A DNA stretch of 59,941 nucleotides, filler included, from Globobulimina sp. (taxonomy: Eukaryota), in the NCBI GenBank assembly GCA_003354225.1. It is 13 parts of 13 records of this genome, joined end to end, with 100 filler letters (N's around TTAATTAATTAA, not from the genome) between each part and the next. Parts side by side here need not be neighbours in the genome. Positions count along the whole stretch, not along the records: positions 32,363 to 36,879 come from PIVH01001171.1; positions 36,980 to 41,495 come from PIVH01001172.1; positions 41,596 to 46,111 come from PIVH01001173.1; positions 46,212 to 50,722 come from PIVH01001174.1; 9 more parts are not named here. One strand, written 5' to 3'. The notes under the pieces were generated by a model that searched no databases, was not told the DNA's origin, and saw only the letters and a program-made list of their open reading frames with translations. This document shows positions 35,301 through 47,235 of the stretch, piece by piece (the stretch's first letter is position 1; each line of letters starts with the position of its first letter). The position numbers and the translations under genes are program-made.

Positions 35301-36879
35301 AAGCTGGTACAGATCGAACTTATTTACAACATAATTGTGAACTATCAATTTCTGTTACTTATCACAAAATGCAAGGCAAAACAGTAGGATCAACATGTTT
35401 ATCACTGAATGCAAGACGTGGAATATGCAGCAAAATTCTTCCTACTTCATTGCCCAGCCTATATGTTGGATGCAGTCGGGTTAAAGGGTTTCCGAATCTA
35501 CGAAGGCTTCCTATGAGCAAAGAAGATGAAGAAGCATTGATGAAATTAAAATGGCATCCTTATTTACCTATTTGGTATGACAATTATGATGAAAATGGAA
35601 AATGGAAGACAAATGGATTAAAAAAACATAGACAAGATTTTGTTAGAACACACATGATCAAACTTGGTATCATAGATTTGCAAGCATTGACAATAGAAGA
35701 GGCTCGAAAATTTACTAAACACTTGGATTTGATTGTGGATTCGAAATCAACTTACATTAGTCGTGCAGTGTATCTCAAATCTTTGAAAGAGACACATGTT
35801 AAAGCAAGAAAATTAGTGTGTGAAAACAATCGGGAATTATTAATAAAAGAGCGAGCTAAAGTTATGAAAGATTTACTTACAAATCGGATTGGTAAACTAG
35901 ACGCCAAAACTGCAAGGTATTTCGCTAAAAGATTAGGAATAAATGATAGTAATAAGATGGGCAAAGCTCATGTGATTGCGGCACTACAAGAATTGGTTAG
36001 GGGAAAGGATAACTCACTACAAGAATTTGTTAAAGCTCGCAAAAACAGAAAGAGAAAAGCTGAAGATACACATCAGAGTAGTAAACATCCAAAAAAAAGA
36101 ATAAAGAGATCTGATAAAGAGGAAATGTCTGATGAAGAGATGACACCAAAGAAACAATTTGAGAATAAACAGGAAAACAATCGTCCTGCAAAACAAAACA
36201 GAACCTCCCCGCGGTTGCAAGAACAAAGACAGAGGAAATTAATGCGGTTGCAAGAACAAACACAGAGTTTGCAAGAAAAAAGACAGAGGAATTTAATGCG
36301 GTTGCAAGAACAAAGACAGAGGAATTTAATTTTAGCTACTTTTCCAAATTCTTACAATGCCTGTTGGATGGAAGCAACTGTTGAGATATTTTATCGAGCA
36401 TTCAAAATGTTACCCAGAATGCGGAGGTTAATGATGAAAATGAAAGATGAAGGATCTTACAATAAATTGTTGGTGGAAACATTCGAACAGCGACAAAATT
36501 TGGAGGACCTGGAAATTCCAATCAATCAATTTAAAGAATGGTTAAGAAGGGAAAAAATAAAATTAGTGAACCCTATTTGGTTGGCAGATAAATTTTTTCG
36601 TGATAAAAATGGATATATGGAATACAAACAGGCTACAGTTCCTACATTTTTCGCACATTGGTTAGATAGGAATGGAATTTCTACATTTAACAAGGATGAA
36701 GTTTTTGGTTATAAAAAAATGAGATGCCAGAATTGTAGCAACGCGGGAATAAATCCACCGAGAGAGTTTCATTATCCAGACATTCCTCTGACGCGTAAAT
36801 ATTTTACAGAGACGATGAGTACAGTGGTGTATCGGATAAGATGCAGACGCTATGACCACTTTTTCAATATGACCACTTT
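32363..36879 (+). mobile_element. Helitron-type rolling-circle transposon Rep-helicase ORF (partial; one frame break near 33700)
   Basis: Rep motifs QHRHSHTCWK...CR, RCNTSIQIL, FYCAKYMSK (YxxKY catalytic tyrosines) and EISDQQAA...SSHKF. PIF1/SF1B motifs GIPGSGKTT, LLVIDEVSML, FGGKDILLIGDMFQFPPV, QVR, TYHKMQGKT and YVGCSRVK. No introns seen. Confidence 0.9.
36211..36330 (+). repeat. Coding tandem repeat of about 33 bp (RLQEQRQRNLM)
   Basis: GCGGTTGCAAGAACAAAGACAGAGGAA.TTAAT, three to four copies, one shortened. Confidence 0.85.
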
Positions 36880-36979
36880 NNNNNNNNNNNNNNNNNNNNN
36901 NNNNNNNNNNNNNNNNNNNNNNNTTAATTAATTAANNNNNNNNNNNNNNNNNNNNNNNNNNNNNNNNNNNNNNNNNNNN

Positions 36980-39900
36980 ATTATTATTTTTTTGCGAAGC
37001 AATACGTTCCAAAACCGACGACTTTCTTTTTTGCATAGCACCTCTTCTTTTTGTATTGCTTTGCGTGAAAAACTGCAATAAAAACTTATATATACACTCA
37101 AAGATATTCTCATTTAATATCACATTTATTATCTTAATGGAGGATATATTGCTAAATAAATTGCAAAACAAATCAATTTTTATCCACCCAAACTCATCAA
37201 ATAAATGCTTATAAACCATTGGAAGTGCGATGAAATGCAATGGATTTAACGTGATTTGTCCTAAAATATAATCCCTGCAAAATGAGGAAAATAAGCATTG
37301 TATATAGCTTGGAATTAATTTCTTGCTCATCGTAATTGCCTTTTTCGTTCTGCTATCACTTCGATCGCGGGATATCTGCGATTGTATCAACAATGACAAA
37401 CAATGCATATCCTGCTCGTTATAATTACAATGGTTATCATTGCCATTTATAATGCAATATAATATATTGATGGCGTTCCAAAAGGATTTATAATTGCAAC
37501 ACGTCTCAATATTGATGATATTATGGATCTCAAATATATTGGACACGCATTTATTTGTACCAAATATAATCTTTTCGTCATAATTGGCATAATCTGAGAT
37601 CCAATTACAATTAAAGTGCGCTACATTATTATCTTTACATTTCAACGCAAAAATAATCCCATTCCGAGGCGAAAATGTATGCACAATCGACAAGTGTTGA
37701 TTACACGACATTGGATAACAAAACTTTACATATTTCGGCGATAAAAACGTTTGATTTGTACTGGAATGATATAACACATTTGCATTATTACACAGACCCA
37801 TATCGATGCCGTTACTATTCATCACCGCATCGCGCAAATACTGCGTCCAATGGCAATACTCTGCGTTGCGTAATTTCCAATTACTCACAGTCTCAGCCAT
37901 GGATTGTGGATAAAACGTCGCATTTAGTTTAAACCGCAAATTATCAAAATCACAATACAACAGCACCGCCATTAAATGTTGTATGCTCATTGTCTGCCAT
38001 TCCTCCTCTTCCTTCATCTCAATGAAGGTGTTTTTGGGCGAATGCCGCGCCGAATTATCATCGCTATCACTCACCAACGACGGTGGCAAAGGTGTGGGCG
38101 AATTGGGTGCATGCGGCGTGATAGACTTTGCGCCATATTTTATATGTTTGGCAATGCTCGATTTCTGTAATATTAATGCTTTGCAATACGTATCGTTCCA
38201 AGAGTCGCAGGCAATTTGCAGTATATTGTTATGTAACAACTCCTCCTTGAAATTGTTGTATTTCTTATGAATATACCATCCGCGCACCGCACTGGGACTG
38301 TTATTGTTTGTTTGCGCCTCTTTTTTGCCGTGTAAATTGCCATCGAAATAATCGAATGTCTGTCCTAATTTATACACTTCTTCGTCGTCCTCCTCATCAT
38401 CTAACTCATCGTCCATATACACGGCGTTGTTGTTATTTATCCGCTGTATAAATAGCGAGATATTCGAACTGAATTTAGTGCCTTTAATGCGATGCACACC
38501 GCGGATTTGAATTAATTTCTCGGATTTGGGGGTCAATATTTCTTTCAACATTACATAATTTTGGTCTTGTTTTGGACTTTGATTGCGACTCAATGTGGAT
38601 TTGCGTGGTTGCGGTTGGAGCAGGCTGTCTTTTTCTGGCTTTATCTCGGAAATCGTCTGCTTTTCCTCGGTGGATAAGCGCAGCGTATCAAAGGTGTGGA
38701 AGAAATAACAATGGAACTTATCCAAGATTTGTTGCGTGCAAATCTCGTCGCTTTGCTTGTACCCAAAATATATCTTCATTTTCCACGGTCGGTTCTTATC
38801 TTGATCTCGGTTGCGATTATTTCGTTTCATACACGTACATTGCGAGATATTTACACAGGCATTGCCTCCCATGGCCTCACGCAAATTAGTCATAATCTGT
38901 TCCAATTCCTCGTCACTCGAATGATACCGCAGGATATGGTTGAAATCATTGATTAATTGCACATTGTTATAGTTTGATAGCGAAGTGATAAAATCGAGGA
39001 TGCGGTGGTTATATTTATTGAGCTCTTTGGTAATGGTCAAGGTCGCAGTGGATTGTCTGTGTGGATTTATGTTCCTTTTTATGAGCCATTTCCGGTAATA
39101 CTGCAATATAAAGGTCAGCCTATCAATGCAATCACAAAAGTTGGTATCTCGATGATTTTTGCAGTTGTTCCATGATTGCTGCTCAAGATCCAGCTCCGTC
39201 AGGTCTTTCATGACCGAGTCCCATTTATCGATCTGTTCCTGATACGGTTTGTTGCCATTAAAGATATGCGACCTCCGCTGCATCTGTAGATTGTAGTTAT
39301 TCTCATTCGGGTCTTGTATAAATTCCTCTTCGTATTTGGTGTGGTTGTGTTTCCTATATAATATCCTATACTTTATGGCTAAATCTGTAAATTCCATGAC
39401 AGAGAACAGTATCTTGCTCGTGGGAGCCGCAGTGAATGCGTTATACAACGAAGGACATAACACCACCGCCATGGAGCGAGAATTCATTTTGTTCATCTTC
39501 TCACGAATCACAATATCGACGCACAAATCCAGCAACCACTCAAAGGACGACTTGTACGGCTCTTTGATCAATTTGATCACTTTCGGGATGTCAGTGGCGT
39601 GCTTACACGCGGACAATATGGCAATATCGATATTATTCAATACCTTGACTGGCAAATCGTGGTAAAACGCTTTAATCGCATTGGCGATACTATGCGTATC
39701 GTCAGTTTTGGCGCACTTATTATTGGCATTCAAGTCTTGTTTGAATTTCTTAAACTGCGTACTATCCGCACTGAATCTGAAGATCTCCCTCGTTTTAAAG
39801 CCGCCTTTGGCCTTCAAATAATTGCGTAAATGGATCAATATCTTCGGTATTCGAGACGCATAATCCACAAATTTGATCGTACCACGCACGCATTCCAAGG

Positions 39901-41300
39901 GAATACCAAACTGTTCGCCGCATTGCAAACGCAACACTTTCTCCAATCGCTCCCGAATCGGCAAAGAAGACACCATTTTCTTATCAATATCGTACTGGAA
40001 CTTATTGCCACGCAAATTGAGACTCGCCTCGTTCTGCAAACGCGTAAACGTCGCGGAATATTTCTTGATTTTCTTGTATTTTACGATATGTTCCCGGGGC
40101 AGACACGTATTCACATCAATTAAGCTCGTATGGTTGCTCAATAACTGCAGGTACTCAATCAAACAGTGCTGCGGTATCTTGTTATTGGAGACCTTCAGCG
40201 CGCGGATAAAGGTCCGGTTATATGACAACGAGCTGATTAACAGTCCGATATGTTTATCATTGAACTTATTATTGGACAAATCTATAAATTTGAGGTTGGA
40301 TAGATACGCAATGCCGGATAAGAAGGGTTCCAATCCCAGCGACAAATCGTTGGTATTCATGATCAACCGCTCCAATTTCGTCGCTCTTCCACACAAATTC
40401 GCCAATGAATGGCCTAAGATGTTGGGGCCGGTAACCACCGCTTTCTTGCTGTCTTCCTTTGCTTTCTTCTGTTTGCTTTTCAGTTTGTTCTTCTTCCCAA
40501 TAATGCCGCTGCCAAAATTATTGTTTCTGAAAATGTTTTGTTTGCTGATATTGTCGCTGATATTGAGCGATTCCAAACAAATACAACAATGCAAATTGTT
40601 TAAGATGTTCGACAGGGTCATACTATCGAAATTATTGCCCGCCAACGACAATGACACAATGGTGTAATTACCAATGTTGCCGCCAAGCAATCGATACTGC
40701 AACAACTGACATATAATATGGCTGCCTTTGGCCGCTAAGTTATTGTAACTTAAATCCAATGTCAAGCGCATCAACTCGCGACATTGTATAATGTCACAAC
40801 GTGTCGGTCGGTACGCTAGCAACACATTGTTGTTCTGCGACTGGTGCTGTGTGATACTCGTTGGTTTGGTGTGTTTGCGTGACATGAAATGCAACGACGA
40901 GGCACTCACACTGGCATTGGCAGTGCTGATGGGCGCAGTGCTCGGATCCGCCGCACAGTGCTCCTCGACACTGGTATCGGACTTTTCATCCTCGTCTTCT
41001 TCCTCAAGCACAAGCTCTTGGTCCTCCTCCTCCGCATTGTCTGTTATGTATTGTAAGCCCGAGTTGTTCGCCAACGCGCCTTCGAATATTTTATGCAACT
41101 GCTCACTGGACATATTGCATCGGGACAACTTCAGACACTGCAAAGCCTGCGCCCGTTGCACAAAATTGCTCAGTTTGCGAGCACCGTGATCTCCGATCAA
41201 ATTGCCACTGAAATCCAAGTACAATAAGCACTGCAAATGGTGCTTAATCCCGATGTTGTTATAGTTGTTAATGTGCAATCCGTTGAAGAATATGTTGCCA
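36980..41300 (-). CDS. Multidomain protein: RI-like LRRs, RhoGAP, unnamed helical domain, ADP-ribosyltransferase-like domain (both ends incomplete)
   Basis: LRRs LYLDFSGNLIGDHGA, LTLDLSYNNL and LKFIDLSNNKF. RhoGAP IPKIL...EIFRFS...AIKAFYHDLP...NKMNSRSMAVVLCPSL. ART-like region AVLLYCD...LYHS...PMSC...GIIFAL...FNCNWISDYANYDEKIIFG. Confidence 0.8.
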
Positions 41301-41304
41301 CATG

Positions 41305-41424
41305 AATAATACCATAATAAATACCCATAATAAATAATAATAATACCCATAATAAATACCATAATATACATATAAGAATACCATAATAAATAATCCAATA
41401 AATACCATAATAAATACCAAATAA
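41305..41424. repeat. Degenerate tandem repeat CCATAATAAATA
   Basis: About seven imperfect copies; produces the spurious YLLWY start of the 1488-aa ORF. Confidence 0.85.
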
Positions 41425-41429
41425 TTTGT

Positions 41430-41495
41430 TGGGGCTGCCTCAGGCTTTGAACCTGAATCTTCTGGATATATCTATCCAGTGCTCTACTTGAGCTA
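41430..41495 (-). ncRNA. tRNA-like element (pseudo-tRNA or tRNA-derived SINE head), 5' end cut by the contig end
   Basis: - strand: TAGCTCAAGTAGAGC (D arm/A box), CTGGA-TAGATATA-TCCAG (anticodon-like arm, 8-nt loop), TCAGG-TTCAAAG-CCTGA (T arm/B box), GGCAGCCCCA. Confidence 0.65.
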
Positions 41496-41595
41496 NNNNN
41501 NNNNNNNNNNNNNNNNNNNNNNNNNNNNNNNNNNNNNNNTTAATTAATTAANNNNNNNNNNNNNNNNNNNNNNNNNNNNNNNNNNNNNNNNNNNN

Positions 41596-41778
41596 TTCAA
41601 GAATGAGGAGAACGAGATCGCAAATGTGGTCTGCAAAGCGTGCAAGCAGTCGTTTCATAAAAGTTGTTTACTGCAATGGTTTAACTCACTCACTGCAATA
41701 AACCATCATTACACGTCAATTGACGGCAAATGTCCGCATTGTCATAAAAGTATATCTTTTGAATTAAACAAACTGTGA
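41596..41778 (+). CDS. FANCL-like RING domain, C-terminal end
   Basis: Reads VVCKACKQSFHKSCLLQWFNSL...SIDGKCPHCHKSI, matching the FANCL C-terminal RING pattern. Not in the ORF track. Confidence 0.7.
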   Translation, partial: FKNEENEIANVVCKACKQSFHKSCLLQWFNSLTAINHHYTSIDGKCPHCHKSISFELNKL

Positions 41779-41807
41779 TGATCGATGTTTTCTAAACGGA
41801 CACAAGC

Positions 41808-44057
41808 TCAATTCAAAGGATTTTCGTTGCCAAATTCATTTTTATTCTGCAATCGGATCAATTCTATTTTGGATTCTTTCTTTTTCGCAGCATATATTTT
41901 CTCATCAAGCTGCTCCTCCAACGCTTGCAGTCCGAGCATAATTTGTCTCGAATTCTCGAGAGCTGTCAGATGTGCTGGGGTGTCAGACGTGGCGTCAATC
42001 GACGTTCGCAACCTTAATTTCTGCAATCTCTTGTCATCCCTCCCAATATTATTTGCAACCTCTTTTTCATTCAACTCAACCAAATGCGACACATTCCAAA
42101 CATCCCAATCCTTGTGGTCCGGGTGCACCGTCAAATGGTGATTTCTTTGAAACGCATCCCATTCCGCAGACGTATCTTTATTTCGATCCAATCCGATCTC
42201 AAAATCATCCCTATCAAATTTGAATCCTTCCGCATCATATAAGCCAACGTAGCCGCCCAACGACCACGTAAAGAGTGATATTTCCATATCCAACCAATCT
42301 CCGTCTAATAACTTACCCATTTTCGCCTCCAACCGGCTCAAATGCGGCAATAACTTATCAAACCACCAGTCTTTGCGAATAAACAGTGGGCCCATTCTCG
42401 CGCAAGTTATAAACATAAATGGAATCCACGTCTCTCCCGCTCCATTCCTCAATGCGTTCCATGTTCTAATTTTCTGTTCATAGGGAATAAAAAAATAGTC
42501 GACCACAGTTTGTCCGCCGGGTTGCAGCAAAATGTCACATTTCTCCTCCTCTTTCTCGCTCGGATCGCCTTTCATAATCTGCACACATTCCAGTCGATCC
42601 TCATTGATTTTCTTCAATATTTTGGCTGGAATCGGTAGCCGACGTTCAATCTCTTTCTCCTACTGCTCCAAAAACCTTTTATTAACAATGAATTGGATCC
42701 CTTCCAAGCCGGTTTGCACTTTGTTGTGATCGAAATGCGGCTCATCTTCATTCAGAAACACTTCCGCATCGAAATCGTTTAAAAACTCCATAGAAAATAA
42801 GCCGACGGGCTCATCATCGTCATCCACAAACGGATTGTCATTTTTGTACATTTGTTTGGCTTTGGCCCAAAACGAAGTCCAGTACTGGTCAAAATAGGTT
42901 TGCTTGTATTTATTCATCAACTCGACAATATTTACGCGAGACTCATCGTACCTGCGCTTATTCACCATTTGGGAGTAATAATTGCTCTCTCTGCTCATCA
43001 CAAACACCTTTGCTTCCGCGTCCATGTTCGCGCTCCGCATGTCCCGCACCGACACATCGCCAAAAGTGTGGCCCTGTTTGATGACGCCTCTAAAACAACC
43101 CAACACTTGCAAGTTCTCATATTGCTCGAACAATGCCACCGCATTCCGTACCCACTCGTCATCAAACGGTAATTGATGGAAAGTGTCTAAAAACAAAAGA
43201 ACTTCCATCTTATTTTTAGATTGCTGCTGAGAGTGTTTTTTCGTTTTTGGAACATAGGCTAATCGCGAACCCATTTCGTAAGCTTTCCATATTCCGATAT
43301 TGCTGGTACGCAGAAACTGTTTTGAATGCGGTTTGATAGCTTCCATAGCGTCCCATTTCCGATATCTTTGCTGCACATTTTCGTCAAACAAGTCTGTGAT
43401 TTTCAGTTGTTCGGAAGGCAATTTGTCATCAAATAATATCTCCTGTTCCCATAATTCTGCAGATTTGTGATTGGCAGTGTCGTCGATGATGGTCATTTGA
43501 TCGATGCTGTTTTCATAATATAAGGCTGTTAATGGCAGAGCTACTTCGCCGATGCGTGTGTTATATTGGTTGGAATATACAATGGCCGCAATATGGACAC
43601 TGCTGTTCAAACCATCTGGATTGTGGTTGACGTATTTATTTTCTTCAACATCGATATCCATAAAATATAAATTCTTTTTCCAAATGGCAGTTAGATCGAA
43701 TTTTCCGTTCATTAATGCTGTGCTGGTTTTATGTTTGACTCTGCGATTTGTTTTCATGCCTTTTACGACATGGTCCATTAAGACTGGCGTATAGATGTAA
43801 TCTGGTGACTTACAGTCTGCTTTGATTAGACCTTCTTTAAAGGCACACATATAATGGGAGCCGACGTACAAGCCCGCAATCAATGATACAATCCATAACA
43901 ATAACCATACGACCCAAGGCACGTGGACAGTGAAAGGTGGTTTCATTTGAAGATGCGTCACCTGGATGCTGTCGCCGTCGCGATTGAGATCGCTCATGTT
44001 GCCCATTCTGCGTCGTAAGCCACTTGTATCGACACGTAATCCTTGTCGTGTAGACAT
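41808..44057 (-). CDS. Type II membrane glycosyltransferase-like (GT2-like) protein interrupted by one in-frame TAG
   Basis: N-terminal TM; LLFLDT...WVRNAVALFEQYENLQVLG and IPFMFI...GPLFIRK...DMEISL..WSLGGYVGLY. The two ORFs are in one frame, separated only by TAG at 42660-42662. Confidence 0.6.
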
Positions 44058-44139
44058 GTTTCACTTTTTTGGATTTAACACAGAAACGTTTTAAAAAGTT
44101 TTGCATTTGGGGTTTCAAGCCTGGGAAAACTTTTTAACA

Positions 44140-46111
44140 ATGACAGAATCAGATCAAGTTTCTAAATCTTCAAACCTAGCAAGTAATATGAAATAATTAA
44201 TATATATATGTAATATGAAATAATTGCTACAATATGAACCAATTTGTTAATTTGTAATTATAAATCTATTCAGATAACCAACAAGACGAGAAATCAGAAA
44301 TAAATGAAAACACTACACATGAATCCAAAGAAGGTTATAGAACCTACATGATTGGAACGAGAATATTATCTCGTAACTATGCAACCGATGACATAATTAA
44401 TTACGATTCTGATCCATTTGCAAACGACATCACCGTATCACATAAAAACACAGCCATCATCATTGCACTTGACATCAATTCCAAAGCAATCACCATCAAA
44501 AACATAGACACCGCTAAAGTCCTTTCCTACCAATTAAATAACATTGCCATTGAATTGGAGGAACATGACAGCGACAACGACCATATCGATGGCTTAGCCA
44601 CAATCCAACACAAACAAAGCAAACACAACAAGACCAGCACAGAAACAGCTATTCCTGGCATTATGCAACGTCACGACACCCAAATGATCCGTCATACGGC
44701 CTTAGCGATGCAAAAACAAAAGGATGACACAAATAATTCCGAGAAACGAAAACGAGAACGAAAACACGAAGAGTCCTATGATAAACTCGTCCAATCCATC
44801 GACGATGATTCAGCTCCACGTATCGCGCACAATGAGTTAGCATATCGACCCTATAAATATATCTCCACTGCAGTCACCAGACCCAATCTCAAAGCTCATC
44901 CCAATGGGAAAAGTATATTATTCACACCGTATATAACTGATATAGGCAATGCTGATGACATTAATAACCAGCATCAATTTAATTATTTTCGATATTGGAT
45001 TGGTAGATATAGCACATTTCGTGACAACGCACAGATGATCTCCGATGATTTTGCCAGTGTGATATTACGCGACGAGTATGATTTGGAAAATATTCGCGAA
45101 GATATGTTGATTGAGAATAGCAATGATGACAGTGTTGAATCTATGATATTAAATGAAGCTGAATTTGAGAAATATGGCTGGAATCATTTGAAGCAAACGC
45201 AAATTCGTCTGATTTGCTGTCAAGTGATTGATATTTTGCCGTTTTATATGGAATGGATCAAAGAGTTAACGACTTATAAATCTGTGGATGATTTAATCCC
45301 AACGATGCAAAGCCAGTGTGGTACGCTGCCCTGTCCCGCATTGAAACGGTTGTTGATTGTATCAAAGTTTTACAAACAATGGATTGCGCAGAATTTTGAT
45401 CAGCAGTTGCAACCCAAAAATAAAGTTAATTGTTTTAATTTTGTTATTAAATGTACTGTACATTAATGCTGTTAATGTGTTGCAATAGTTTCATTTTTCG
45501 GTGCATGATTTTATGGATTGTTTGGAACATTATAACTCTGTGGAGTTTCAAAATGATTATCAACACCTACAACATTGCCATATTGAACCTATTAATGCTG
45601 CCACAAAAGTACATCATGGCGATGCGTTTGGATTGAATGTAGGCACTGTGCAGAATCCATATAGCGAGGATGAGGAGGATGAGGATGAGGAGGATGAGGA
45701 TGAAGATTCGGAGGATGAGGAGGTGGAGGAAAAAGCAGTAATTGATGATAAAAAAAAGGAAGCGTATAAGGTGATATTAGATGTTGAGAATCGAAATATT
45801 TATGAGTGGTTTGAAGATTTTGTAGGTGAATGTGATGTGGAGAGCTGTGCCATATTTGAGAGGACATATAGGTCGCGGTATGATAGTGGGTTTGAACAGG
45901 AATCGGATCGATATTATGTATTGAATGAAAAGGAAAAGAATGATTGGTTAGAACGTGTGGCAGAGATACAATATCAAAGGATATTTGATGGAATGCATAC
46001 GATTTTGTTTCATTCATCGGCGAGGTTTGATTGTATGGGATTGGGCAACTCTGAGGAACATAGAAAATTTGTCATGTTATCTACCGAGAAACGAAAAGCG
46101 ATTAAAGCGAA
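44140..46111 (+). CDS. Spliced hypothetical protein carrying the same unnamed domain as the RhoGAP protein (3'-truncated)
   Basis: ATG at 44140 and short AT-rich introns near 44183-44273 and 45425-45488; CPALKRL...YKQW...NDYQHL...C...R..R...QRIFDGMHTILFH; acidic (GAGGAT)n tract. Confidence 0.65.
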
Positions 46112-46211
46112 NNNNNNNNNNNNNNNNNNNNNNNNNNNNNNNNNNNNNNNNNNNNTTAATTAATTAANNNNNNNNNNNNNNNNNNNNNNNNNNNNNNNNN
46201 NNNNNNNNNNN

Positions 46212-47047
46212 ATTATTATTTTATTCGTGCTTCTGTCTACAACAAATTATGTCAAATGCAACGATTACAAAAACAAGATGTAAATAATGTGGATTTCGAG
46301 TGTGCAGAACGTGACTTTGAGAAAGCAATACAATTAAATGAAAATGTTCTATTTAAGGCGAAATTGCATTTATTGCATTTGGATTATGAAGAAGCACTAA
46401 AATGTATACCAGGAGTGGTTGAACTGGTTGGTTTAAACAGGAATTTACATCTTTGGCAGACTTATTATGATGTTGCATTTATAGATGACGAGGAGGGAAT
46501 TTCCAGTCAGGGTTATAAGAGATTTCTCGCTCGATTGAGTAAAGCAACAAGAGCTGTTTTTGCGTCATGTGGCACGTTTGATGACCTTTCTGGTGATGAT
46601 AATCGTATTCATACAAAACACTTTGACGCAATGCTTGATGAATTTAATAATCGTGATATAGATCTATCTGATTCCATTTTGAGTTTGGCTCAAGATATAG
46701 TAAAAGAGTTTGAGATAACACAAGAAAATGAAAAGCATTTAGATTCTTCAAAATCGATACAATTCATCTCATCAATATTGACAGATGAGTCGGAACAAAG
46801 CGTACGTAACATCTTCTGGAAAATATATACGGGGGTCGAGTGTGATGATGGCAGTTTAACTGAGAATGAATGGACAAGATTTGTAGAATTATTGCCACCT
46901 ATTTTGCTTGAAATGCCGAATATGGATAAAATGTATCATAACTATGCTGGCGAAGATGGAATAATGGATATTGACGAGTTTAGGAAATTGTGTGATCAGG
47001 AAATTATTCGCATTATACACAAAATATGCATTGGGTTTGCAACTTAG
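46212..47047 (+). CDS. TPR-like plus EF-hand protein (5'-truncated)
   Basis: AERDFEKAIQLN (TPR-like); EF-hand-like loops CDDGSLTENEW and AGEDGIMDIDEF. Confidence 0.6.
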
Positions 47048-47235
47048 ATCTGTTTTTTTTTTTGTATAGTGAATGAAGTTCAAACCATTGATAGATATTC
47101 TCCCTTTTTTCAATTTGCAATTTAAGTCCAGCTATACACTCTCATCTTATCTCATACAAATTCAAAAAATGTAATTTAAGTCTCTGCAGAGTTTAATTCT
47201 TAGATGTTTTCAGTAAACTCCACCTGACGTTTGTA

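Noticed and set aside
32363-36879. Cellular PIF1 helicase or a virus/plasmid replicase
   Set aside because: Upstream Helitron Rep motifs (HxHxxTC, RCN, YxxKY) and the Rep-helicase order fit a Helitron; no capsid gene is present.
39873-40667. 264-aa + strand ORF
   Set aside because: Antisense to the LRR/RhoGAP frame, with no recognisable motifs.
15913-41300. PARG, ART-like gene and Helitron as one linked defence locus
   Set aside because: They lie on different length-sorted contigs; adjacency carries no information and a common genome of origin is unproven.
41300-41398. Hydrophobic YLLWY N-terminus of the 1488-aa ORF as a signal or TM segment
   Set aside because: It is the translation of a 12-bp tandem repeat and is probably non-coding.
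45592-46017. Pro/His-rich ORF on the - strand
   Set aside because: Antisense of the (GAGGAT)n acidic tract.
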